A DNA stretch of 64,000 nucleotides from an uncultured Acidobacteriota bacterium (GTDB lineage: Bacteria; Acidobacteriota; UBA6911): positions 192,001 through 256,000 of the forward strand of contig CAWJKZ010000010.1 in NCBI GenBank assembly GCA_963843575.1, written 5' to 3'. Positions 22,450-30,546 of this stretch are shown piece after piece; the stretch's first letter is position 1; each line of letters starts with the position of its first letter. Both the position numbers and the translations under genes were made by a program. The notes beneath the pieces are model-generated. The model ran no database searches, was not told the DNA's origin, and saw nothing but the letters and a program-made list of their open reading frames with translations.

Positions 22450-23535
22450 ATGACGGGAAAGATACACGGGCGGGTGATCGTGGCGGGCATCGCGAGCCTT
22501 GCTGCGTACCTGGCTCTGGTTCCCCGCATGGATGCGCTTCTGCCGGCCTATTCTGCTGCGATGCGTGGAGCGGCAGAGATGATGCGGACAGGGTTGCAGC
22601 TGGTTGCGGCGCGGCGGTACGCACCCGGGATTCCCGTCGATCCCGCGATCGATCCGAATCGGACCGGTCTGGTAGGGCCGGAAGAGTCCGAACTCATGAC
22701 CACCCTCGGAGACCTCGAGGCGAAAAGGACGACCACTAATCCGAACATGGCAGGGTTGATCGTTCACCTGCTCAAACAGGCCAGGGTCTCGCGGGGACAG
22801 ACGATCGGGGTGGCGTGTTCAGGGTCGTTCCCCGCCCTGATGCTCGCGGCGGTCGCCGCCGCCCGGTCCATCGGGGTCCGTCCCGTCGTGATCCTGTCGC
22901 TGGGCGCGTCGTCGTACGGGGCAACCAGCGCCCAGTTCAACCTGCTGGATATCTATGATGTCTTGGCAGGCGGAGGGATCTGCAGCGAACCGCCCGCGGC
23001 CGTCTCGCTCGGCGGCGAGAAGGACATCGGGCTCGATTTCGAAACCGAACTCCGGAACAACCTGGTCAAGCGCATCCACGCCAGCGGGATTGCGTTCATC
23101 CACGAACCCGACCTCCAGGCGAATGTCGCCCGGCGCATCGCCGTGTACGAGGAGGCATCGGGGGGAAAAATCGCGGCCTTGATCAACTGCGGGGGGAGCT
23201 ACTCCAGCCTCGGGACCAGCGCCGCTGCCCTAGACCTGGCCCCGGGACTTCTCACCGGCGTCGCGGCTCCGCCCCGGGGACAGCGCGGGCTCGTGCACGA
23301 GATGGCATCGCGCGGCGTCCCGGTAATCCATCTCCTCCACATCAAGGGGTTGACCCTGCGCTACGGTCTTCCCTGGGACCCGATGCCGCTGCCCGAACCC
23401 GAGGCCTTCCCCTTCCTCGGCCCATCGACTCCAAACGGCGCCTTCTTCTGGCTCGTGTCGCTCGGATACCTGTCCCTCCTGGCTTTGCTGGTGGCGTGGC
23501 CCGGGGTGCGCGGGGAACGCACCGATTTTCGTTGA
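22450..23535 (+). CDS. Poly-gamma-glutamate system protein (TIGR04332-like)
   Basis: DPNRTGLVG, TTLGDLEAKRTTTNPN, SGSFPAL, SLGASSYGA, SLGGEKD, PVIHLLHI; TM segments at both termini; follows pgsC. Confidence 0.85.
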   Translation: MTGKIHGRVIVAGIASLAAYLALVPRMDALLPAYSAAMRGAAEMMRTGLQLVAARRYAPGIPVDPAIDPNRTGLVGPEESELMTTLGDLEAKRTTTNPNMAGLIVHLLKQARVSRGQTIGVACSGSFPALMLAAVAAARSIGVRPVVILSLGASSYGATSAQFNLLDIYDVLAGGGICSEPPAAVSLGGEKDIGLDFETELRNNLVKRIHASGIAFIHEPDLQANVARRIAVYEEASGGKIAALINCGGSYSSLGTSAAALDLAPGLLTGVAAPPRGQRGLVHEMASRGVPVIHLLHIKGLTLRYGLPWDPMPLPEPEAFPFLGPSTPNGAFFWLVSLGYLSLLALLVAWPGVRGERTDFR

Positions 23536-23647
23536 TCGGTGGGGGACAGTTCATTAAGTTGGCGTCAAAGCGGCGCTTGAGATTCTTCGAGTCCTGGTGA
23601 AGCCTTGTCAAGGACTCGGAAAATCGCAAGGCCCGAGGGAGTCGAAC

Positions 23648-24247
23648 ATGAAGCGCTTGAAATTGCCCTGCATCGCACTGCTGCTCATTCTGCCGTGTCT
23701 TTCAGCTCCGGAGACCGCCGCTGCGGAGAAGGCCGGGCTCCCCGTGCTGGTGACCTCGTGCGGGCAGAGCCCTGGGCCGGTCAAGCTGAAGGTGTTCATC
23801 GGCAAGTTGAAGCTGGATTACGCCTACGAGCTGAAGGCCACCGCCGCGGACCTGCTCGCGAAAAAGAAACAGGGGGCACCGTATCAGTCCCTGATTATCG
23901 TCACCGGGGCGAGTCTCAAAGGAATGGGGGCCGCCGGGGTCTCCATCAACGACGAAATCGACCGGACAAGGGCGCTGATCGCCGAGGCGAAGAAGCAGAA
24001 CATCAAGGTCATTGGGGCGCACATCGAAGGCATGGCCCGACGCGCCCAGGGCGCCTCGTCGGGGGACAACTCCGATGAGATGTCGATCGACGCGGTCTGC
24101 CCTCAGTCGTCTTTGCTCATCGTCCGCAAGGACGGGGACGAGGACGGCCGCTTTACGACGATTTCCAGGAACAGAAAGATCCCGATGATTCTCTTCGAGA
24201 AGAACATGGAACTGGAAGGAGTCCTCCAGAACCTCTTCTCGAAATGA
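23648..24247 (+). CDS. DUF6305-like exported protein
   Basis: Signal peptide, VTSCGQSPG, GASLKGMGAAG, IGAHIEGMARR, GDEDGRFT. Confidence 0.7.
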   Translation: MKRLKLPCIALLLILPCLSAPETAAAEKAGLPVLVTSCGQSPGPVKLKVFIGKLKLDYAYELKATAADLLAKKKQGAPYQSLIIVTGASLKGMGAAGVSINDEIDRTRALIAEAKKQNIKVIGAHIEGMARRAQGASSGDNSDEMSIDAVCPQSSLLIVRKDGDEDGRFTTISRNRKIPMILFEKNMELEGVLQNLFSK

Positions 24248-24260
24248 GGTCCACCGCCCA

Positions 24261-25553
24261 ATGAGCATGTTCGCGTACGCCGGCATCGTTCTCGGCGTGA
24301 TGGTGACGGTCTACCTGCTGGCCCGGCTTGTGACCGCGTCCACGGAGGTGTCAATGCTGGCCGCCGCGGTCGCGGGTGGGCTGGCCGGGGGATTCGGGAT
24401 ACCGCTCCGGCAGCTGGCCGAGGGAGCCGTCACCTATCTCGACATCAACCTTATCTTCATCACCGCCACCCTCTTTATGGCGATTCTGAAAGAATCGGGG
24501 GGCGTGGCTTTTGCGGTACGGGCGATCCTCGGCCGGTTCCACCAGAACCGTCCGCTGCTCCTGATATTCCTCAGTGTCCTGCTTCTTGTCCCGGGGGCGC
24601 TGACCGGGGCCGGAAGTGTAACCGTGCTAATCACGGGCGGCATGGTGGCGACCGTGCTCCACTACATGGGGATTGCACGCGTCAAGGCCGCCGCCATCGT
24701 TTTCATCAACGCCGGCTTGAGCGCCGCAGCTCCGCCGGTGAGCCTGTGGGCCATGCTCACCGCGGCCGGGGTGAACATGCCCTACGTCGGCTTCTTCTGG
24801 CCCCTGCTGGCGCCGTGCGTCATCGGGGCGGTGGCGACCAGCTTCATCCTGGGATGGAAGGGGGCCAAGCCCGACCTGGCCAAAGCCCTGGAGGAACTTC
24901 CGGTCCCCCCCGATAAAATGGGGTGGCTCCGGATTGCAGCGCCCTTCTTCGTATTTGGCGCGCTGGTCCTGGCCGGGCGCAGCTGGCCACACTCCACGCC
25001 GGTCGTCGGCCTCCCCCTGATGTTCCTCTGCGCGGCGGCCGTGTCCTTTGTCCTATCGCCGGTGAAACTCGACTTGCCGAGCATTTCCGAACGGACCGTG
25101 GCTCAGCTGCTGCCGCTGATCGCCACCCTTACCTGCGCCGGCATACTCGTCCAGATCATGACCTTGACGGGCGTGCGGGGGATGCTTGCGGTGACGGCGG
25201 TAACGCTGCCGGTAGCCGCCGTCCTGGCCACCCTGTTTCTCGTTCTTCCCGTCTCGGAGGCGGTGCTGATGTATGCGGCAGCTCCCGTCCTCGGTGTGCC
25301 GCTGGTGCTGCTTTTCAACACCATGGGGCTGAATCCGATTGTCGCGCTGGCCGGGATGAGCCTGATGTGGCCGCTGGGCGACGCCCTGCCGCCGACGGCG
25401 ATCATCGGCAGGCTTTCCGTCGAGGCCGTCGGATACCGGGATTCCTATGCGGCATTCCTGAGATGCTGCGTGCTCCCGGCTGTCATCATTATCGTGATGG
25501 GAACCCTGATGGTCGTCTACAGCAAGCAGCTCTCGTTCCTGACGGGACTGTAG
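24261..25553 (+). CDS. TRAP DctM-like / IT superfamily permease
   Basis: About 11-12 hydrophobic segments; PGALTGAG, AAPPVSLWAM, GDALPPTAIIG. Confidence 0.75.
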   Translation: MSMFAYAGIVLGVMVTVYLLARLVTASTEVSMLAAAVAGGLAGGFGIPLRQLAEGAVTYLDINLIFITATLFMAILKESGGVAFAVRAILGRFHQNRPLLLIFLSVLLLVPGALTGAGSVTVLITGGMVATVLHYMGIARVKAAAIVFINAGLSAAAPPVSLWAMLTAAGVNMPYVGFFWPLLAPCVIGAVATSFILGWKGAKPDLAKALEELPVPPDKMGWLRIAAPFFVFGALVLAGRSWPHSTPVVGLPLMFLCAAAVSFVLSPVKLDLPSISERTVAQLLPLIATLTCAGILVQIMTLTGVRGMLAVTAVTLPVAAVLATLFLVLPVSEAVLMYAAAPVLGVPLVLLFNTMGLNPIVALAGMSLMWPLGDALPPTAIIGRLSVEAVGYRDSYAAFLRCCVLPAVIIIVMGTLMVVYSKQLSFLTGL

Positions 25554-25570
25554 CGGCCGGGAGATCTGAA

Positions 25571-25735
25571 ATGAACATCGCGAGCGCGATCATCACGACG
25601 TTCTACTACGCGTTGACCGCCTGGGTGACGGTGATTCTCGTCCGCAACTTTGTCAAGTGCAGGCGCTGGGACCAGGAACTGCTCTACGTTGTCGTGCTTC
25701 TCCCGTTCCTGTTGCGGTTGTTACGCCTGAAGTGA
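25571..25735 (+). CDS. Small two-TM membrane protein (54 aa)
   Basis: GGAGA RBS, ATG at 25571; MNIASAIITTFYYALTAWVTVILVRNF...LLYVVVLLPFLLRLLRLK fills the gap between the permease and the deacylase. Confidence 0.75.
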   Translation: MNIASAIITTFYYALTAWVTVILVRNFVKCRRWDQELLYVVVLLPFLLRLLRLK

Positions 25736-25758
25736 GGGCTCACGTGAACGAAGGGACG

Positions 25759-26913
25759 ATGAGGATCCGCAAGGCTGTTTTCGCGGCTCTCGGGCTGGCG
25801 GCGCTCGCAGGCTCGGGAATCAGCTTCTACCGTAGCCGGCACCTGGCGGAACCCGTGGTGCTGGGGCCGGGGGTGACCGGGGTGAAAAGACTCAGCGAGT
25901 ACTACCACGGTCTCGCCGGCACGGCCAACGACTGCAACCTGTACTTCCTCGAAGGACGGGAACGCGGGGCGACGATGGTCGTCCTGGGCGGCACGCACCC
26001 CGAAGAACCCGCCGGCCGACTCGCGGCGTGGCTCCTGGTGGAAAACGCGACGGTGGAGCGGGGCCGGCTGATCGTCGCACTGAGCGCGAATCGCAGCGCC
26101 TCGACGTCGACGCGCCCAAGCGGCGCCTATCCCCCCGGGTTCACAATCAGAACCGATTGGGGGGAACAGAGGTTCAGAATGGGCGACCGCTGGTCCAACC
26201 CGCTGGACCAGTGGCCCGATCCCGAAGTCTACATCCACTACCCGAGCGGGCAGAGCCTCGCCTACTGCGACATCAGGAACCTGAATCGCGCCTGGCCGGG
26301 CCGGCCCGACGGCACTCTCACGGAGAAGACCTGCTACGGTTTCATGCAGCTGATCCGCACGGAGCACGCGGACCTGTTCGTAGACCTGCACGAGGCCGAA
26401 CTTCAGTACCCGGTCATCAGCACGATCGTCGCGCACGATAAGGGGCAGGAACTGGGCATGATGGTCTCGATGATGCTCACCGACACCGAGGGGTTCAAGA
26501 TCGGGATGGAATTTTCCCCCAAGAACCTGCACGGACTTTCACACCGTGAGGTGGGGGATCATTCGGACGCGATTTCGCTGCTGTTCGAGGCGCCGGAACC
26601 GTTCCTGGACGCGACCCGCGGCAGGACGACGGAAGAGCTTCTCCTGACCGGCAAGGACGAGTTCGTGATGAAGGCCGGCAGGCACGGGTTGCTGTTCGAG
26701 AAGATCGACGAAAACGGGTGGCCCATCGATCTGCGTGTCGGACGGCACACCTCGTCCCTCCTGCAGACCATGGCCAGTTGGACGGATGAGCATCCCGACC
26801 ACGGGATCGTCTGCTCCGGCGTGCCCCGCTATGGCGAGGTAGAGGCCCGAGGGGTCGGCCGGTACCTGCGCGATCCCTCCCGTTCCACCCTGGATCGGCT
26901 GTCTTACGAATAG
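25759..26913 (+). CDS. Succinylglutamate desuccinylase/aspartoacylase (M14-like zinc hydrolase), membrane-anchored or exported
   Basis: N-terminal hydrophobic segment, GGTHPEEPAG (HxxE), RNLNRAWPG, DLHE. Confidence 0.82.
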   Translation: MRIRKAVFAALGLAALAGSGISFYRSRHLAEPVVLGPGVTGVKRLSEYYHGLAGTANDCNLYFLEGRERGATMVVLGGTHPEEPAGRLAAWLLVENATVERGRLIVALSANRSASTSTRPSGAYPPGFTIRTDWGEQRFRMGDRWSNPLDQWPDPEVYIHYPSGQSLAYCDIRNLNRAWPGRPDGTLTEKTCYGFMQLIRTEHADLFVDLHEAELQYPVISTIVAHDKGQELGMMVSMMLTDTEGFKIGMEFSPKNLHGLSHREVGDHSDAISLLFEAPEPFLDATRGRTTEELLLTGKDEFVMKAGRHGLLFEKIDENGWPIDLRVGRHTSSLLQTMASWTDEHPDHGIVCSGVPRYGEVEARGVGRYLRDPSRSTLDRLSYE

Positions 26914-26923
26914 CCTACCGTAG

Positions 26924-27319
26924 CTAACGATAGAGCCGGACTTCCACGATCGCACTGACCACCTGTTCCGGCTCAAAGGGCTTCCCGATGTGCATTTGAA
27001 AGCCCGCCGTCATCGCTCTCTGCCTGTCCTCCGGTCTGTTGTGGGCCGTCAGGGCTATGGCAGGGATTCGCCCACCCCGTTCGGGTTCCAACCGCCTCAC
27101 GTTCTCGATCAGCCAGTACCCGTCCCGGTCCGGCATCCCGATGTCGGAAACAATCACGTCCGGCCGATATTCCCCTATGGCTTTGAGTGCCTCGGGTGCG
27201 GTACCGCAGGGATACACCAAAGCGCCGCGGGCCTCCAGGACGAAGGCCACGAGCGCCCGGCAGTCCTCCTGGTCGTCCACGACAAGGACACGCAATCCGG
27301 CGAGAGAAGTCAAAGACAT
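26924..27319 (-). CDS. Single-domain response regulator (CheY-like receiver)
   Basis: VLVVDD, SDIGMP, IALTA, GKPF. Confidence 0.88.
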   Translation of the reverse strand: MSLTSLAGLRVLVVDDQEDCRALVAFVLEARGALVYPCGTAPEALKAIGEYRPDVIVSDIGMPDRDGYWLIENVRRLEPERGGRIPAIALTAHNRPEDRQRAMTAGFQMHIGKPFEPEQVVSAIVEVRLYR

Positions 27320-27564
27320 GTCGGTCTGCGAAGGGGGGGGCGGTCCGGTCCAGATTTCGGAACAACGGGATACGATTCTACGAGGTCTTGCGGAATCTTT
27401 CAAAAGGTTTTTCGTCCCCACCGGGCGAGAAACCCCAATGTCGCCCTCCAGCCGGTCGTCTCGAGTCCACCAGAGTAAAATTTCCCATTAAGACGTTTCT
27501 CACATGTTCCGAAGAGAAGAGTAGATAACAGAATCCTGAAGGAATTGTGGGGAGGTGTTGCACC

Positions 27565-29991
27565 ATGGGCGGGCGCCAGCCGGTCGACTCCAGTGAGAAC
27601 AACGGCCTGTGGGACTGGAACCTCGAAACTAACCGCGTGTTTTTCTCGCCGCGTTGGCTGTCCATGCTGGGGTGCGAGCAACAGGAAGTCGGGAACTCGC
27701 CGGAGGAGTGGCTGCAGCGCATCCATCCCGAAGACCGCAAGCAGGTCCAGGCGTGGGTCGAAGCGCACCTGGCAGGGGGCCCTGCAGAGCTGGAGAGTCA
27801 CCATCGGATGCGGCACAAGGATGGGAGTTACCGGTGGATGTCGTGCCGCGGTCTGACGTTGTGGGATGAAAAAGGCCGGGCGGTCCGGCTCTCCGGTTCG
27901 CATGTGGACATCACCGCCGAAAAAGTATCGGATCCGCTGACGGGGCTCCCGAACCGTTTCCTGCTTCTGGATCGCCTGTCCAATTCCATTCAGCGAGCCA
28001 AGCGGCACGGCGAGTTCTACTTCGCGCTCCTCCTGCTGAATGTGGACCGATTCAAGACGGTCATAGAGCGGCTTGGGGCCCGTGGCGCCGATCAGTTGCT
28101 GATCGCGACCGCGCGGCGCCTCGAGACCTGCCTCAGGGCCGGGGACACCGTAGCGCGCCTGGGCGGCGATCACATGCTGGCGCGCGTCGGGGGGGACGAA
28201 TTCACGATCCTGCTCGACGGCCTGAACCAGGTCGGCGATGCCAAGACGGTAGCCGAACGCCTGCTCCAGGAGATTGCGGCGCCGTTCCACATCGCGGGAC
28301 GCGAGGTGTTTCTCACCGCGAGCGTAGGGATAGCCTTGAGCGCCACAGGATACAGCGACCCCGAGGAGATCCTGCGCGACGCCGACACCGCGATGTACCG
28401 AGCCAAGTCGCTGGGCAAGGCGCGCTGCGAAGTGTTCGACACCGCGATCCTCAAAGAGGTCGAAAACCATCGGCAGCTGGAGATCGATCTGCGGCAGGCG
28501 GTGGCACGAAACGAATTCGTGCTCGCCTACCAGCCCATTATTTCGTTAGCCACCAAGCGGATTGCAGGATTTGAAGCCCTGGTCCGCTGGAATCACCCGG
28601 CGCGGGGCCTGGTGTCGCCTCTGGACTTCATCCCGGCCGCCGAGCAGACCGGCGTGATCGTGCCGCTCGGCCGCTGGGTGTTGGCCGAAGCTTGCCGCCA
28701 GACCAGGGAGTGGCAGGAGAAGTTTCCGGAGCTGTGGATTTCGGTAAACCTCTCGGGGGTACAGTTCCTTCAGCCGTCGTTCGCCCGGGACATAGAGGAC
28801 ACCCTGAAGGCGGCCGGACTCCCGCCTCGCTCTCTGATCCTCGAACTGACCGAGAGCTCGATCATGCAGAATCCCGAAGCCGTCAGCAGCATGCTTATGC
28901 GGCTGCGGGTGCTGGGGGTGCAGATCGCCATCGACGATTTCGGCACCGGATACTCCTCGCTCAGCTATCTCCGGCAATTCCCGTTGGACTACCTGAAGGT
29001 CGACCACACCTTCTTGCGAAGTGCCGAAACCAGCCGGGACACGGCGGAAGTCGTGCGCACCGTGGCAAACCTGTCCCACCAGCTCGGGTTGCGCGTGATC
29101 GCGGAGGGGATCGAGAACGCGGGACAGCTGAGCTTCATAGAGTCGCTCAACTGCGAATACGGGCAGGGCTTTCTGTTCGCGAAACCGGTCGCCAGCGATC
29201 GGGCCGCGACCCTGCTGGAGGCCGGGCTCACGGCGCTCTCCGAGGATTCAGGCAAAACGGAAGGTCCAGCCGCGGCACCGGCCTCGGACGAGCGTCCGCC
29301 CAAACCCGGCAGGTCCTGGAAGAAGTTCCGCGGAATCGCTTCCGCTTGCCTGGCGCTGACGGCGTTCCTGTTGATTTCGGGATACCTCTCTACTCGGTCC
29401 CGGCCAGCCCCGCCGGCGCCCGCGGCAGCCCCCAGCCGACCGCCCACGGCAGCCCCCAGCCGACAGCCCGCGGCAGCCCCCAGCCGACCGCCCGCGGCAG
29501 CCCCCAGCCGACCGCCCGCGGCAGCCGCCCTTGCACCCACTGCACTGGCGGCCAAGGTCGACGCTGCACCCGCCGCGCGCAACGCGGCCCCCGCTGCAAG
29601 GTTGGAGAAACCGATCGCAGAGACGCCCAGCCCCACACCCACGCTTACGTTTCCGGTTATCCACAACCACGTGTTCGGCAGCTGCCGGGGGACTCTGCAG
29701 GTCGCCGCGGATGCGGTTTCCTTCTTTTCCGAGAAGGAGAAGGACAGCTTCCGCCTCGAGCAGGGGTCCTATTCGGTCCTGATCGCCGAGGATCAGTTGA
29801 CGCTCAAATCGCAGTCCAAGACCTACAATTTCAAGTCGGCGATCGCGCGCGGAAAAAGTGAAAACTCTGCGGAGTTGGCTCACATCGCCCGCAGCATCTC
29901 CGCCGTGCACTCGCAGGCGGGCAGCGGCGGCCCGGTGCGGCCCCGGGATCCGGCTCAGCCTGCCGAATCAGCCGTCGGTCCTCCACCATAG
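27565..29991 (+). CDS. PAS-GGDEF-EAL protein with a C-terminal TM helix, Ala/Pro linker and exported domain
   Basis: GGAGG RBS; GLWDWNL/IHPED PAS, DPLTGLPNR, RVGGDEF, FEALVRW, DDFGTGYSSL, then TM IASACLALTAFLLISGYL. Confidence 0.9.
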   Translation: MGGRQPVDSSENNGLWDWNLETNRVFFSPRWLSMLGCEQQEVGNSPEEWLQRIHPEDRKQVQAWVEAHLAGGPAELESHHRMRHKDGSYRWMSCRGLTLWDEKGRAVRLSGSHVDITAEKVSDPLTGLPNRFLLLDRLSNSIQRAKRHGEFYFALLLLNVDRFKTVIERLGARGADQLLIATARRLETCLRAGDTVARLGGDHMLARVGGDEFTILLDGLNQVGDAKTVAERLLQEIAAPFHIAGREVFLTASVGIALSATGYSDPEEILRDADTAMYRAKSLGKARCEVFDTAILKEVENHRQLEIDLRQAVARNEFVLAYQPIISLATKRIAGFEALVRWNHPARGLVSPLDFIPAAEQTGVIVPLGRWVLAEACRQTREWQEKFPELWISVNLSGVQFLQPSFARDIEDTLKAAGLPPRSLILELTESSIMQNPEAVSSMLMRLRVLGVQIAIDDFGTGYSSLSYLRQFPLDYLKVDHTFLRSAETSRDTAEVVRTVANLSHQLGLRVIAEGIENAGQLSFIESLNCEYGQGFLFAKPVASDRAATLLEAGLTALSEDSGKTEGPAAAPASDERPPKPGRSWKKFRGIASACLALTAFLLISGYLSTRSRPAPPAPAAAPSRPPTAAPSRQPAAAPSRPPAAAPSRPPAAAALAPTALAAKVDAAPAARNAAPAARLEKPIAETPSPTPTLTFPVIHNHVFGSCRGTLQVAADAVSFFSEKEKDSFRLEQGSYSVLIAEDQLTLKSQSKTYNFKSAIARGKSENSAELAHIARSISAVHSQAGSGGPVRPRDPAQPAESAVGPPP
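29422..29526 (+). repeat. Intragenic 24-bp tandem repeat, about 4.3 copies (AAAPSRPP)
   Basis: gcggcagcccccagccgaccgccc repeated with 1-2 substitutions. Confidence 0.9.
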
Positions 29992-30018
29992 CTCATCCCG
30001 CGACAACCGGACTGCCGT

Positions 30019-30453
30019 TCATCGGTCTTGACACTGACTGGCGGCCGCGCCCGAGCTTTCGAGCTTATCCCTGAGTTCGCCGGGAATCGGCAGCTTGGAC
30101 TCGTTGGCAAAATCGAACAGCACGATGATGTCGCGCGCCTCCGCGGCAACAACCCCTTTGTCGTCCACGACCGTGTGGGCTATCCGGAAGCTGGTATTCT
30201 TGACCAGGTCGACCTTGGAGTAGACCGTGACCTGTCCGGGATAATAGAGTGGCCTGCGGAACTGGCAACTCAGGGAAGCCAGTATGGGCCCGATCCCGGT
30301 CCCTGTTTGAAGCTGCATCAATCCGACGCTTTCCAGATAGTTGACCCTCGCAGTCTGGATGTACCTGATGATGGCGACGTTGTTGACGTGCCCGAACGAA
30401 TCGATTTCGCTCCAGTCGATGCGAAGGTCCAGTCTTGTCGCGTAGTCGTCCAT
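30019..30453 (-). CDS. Acyl-CoA thioesterase (4HBT/YbgC hotdog family)
   Basis: WSEIDSFGHVNN, ARVNYL; GGAGG RBS. Confidence 0.88.
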   Translation of the reverse strand: MDDYATRLDLRIDWSEIDSFGHVNNVAIIRYIQTARVNYLESVGLMQLQTGTGIGPILASLSCQFRRPLYYPGQVTVYSKVDLVKNTSFRIAHTVVDDKGVVAAEARDIIVLFDFANESKLPIPGELRDKLESSGAAASQCQDR

Positions 30454-30546
30454 CGAACGTGCCTCCGGGGGAGCGATCATAATCCGGACCCGAAGCCGCG
30501 CGCGCTGAAAATATGCGTCGATGCAGCGTTGGGCCTCGCGTGCGTC

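Noticed and set aside
27320-27560. c-di-GMP riboswitch upstream of the GGDEF-EAL gene
   Set aside because: No GEMM-type P1/P2 consensus is recognisable on either strand.
29422-29526. Regular short repeats resembling a CRISPR array
   Set aside because: Head-to-tail in-frame repeats with no unique spacers and no cas genes.
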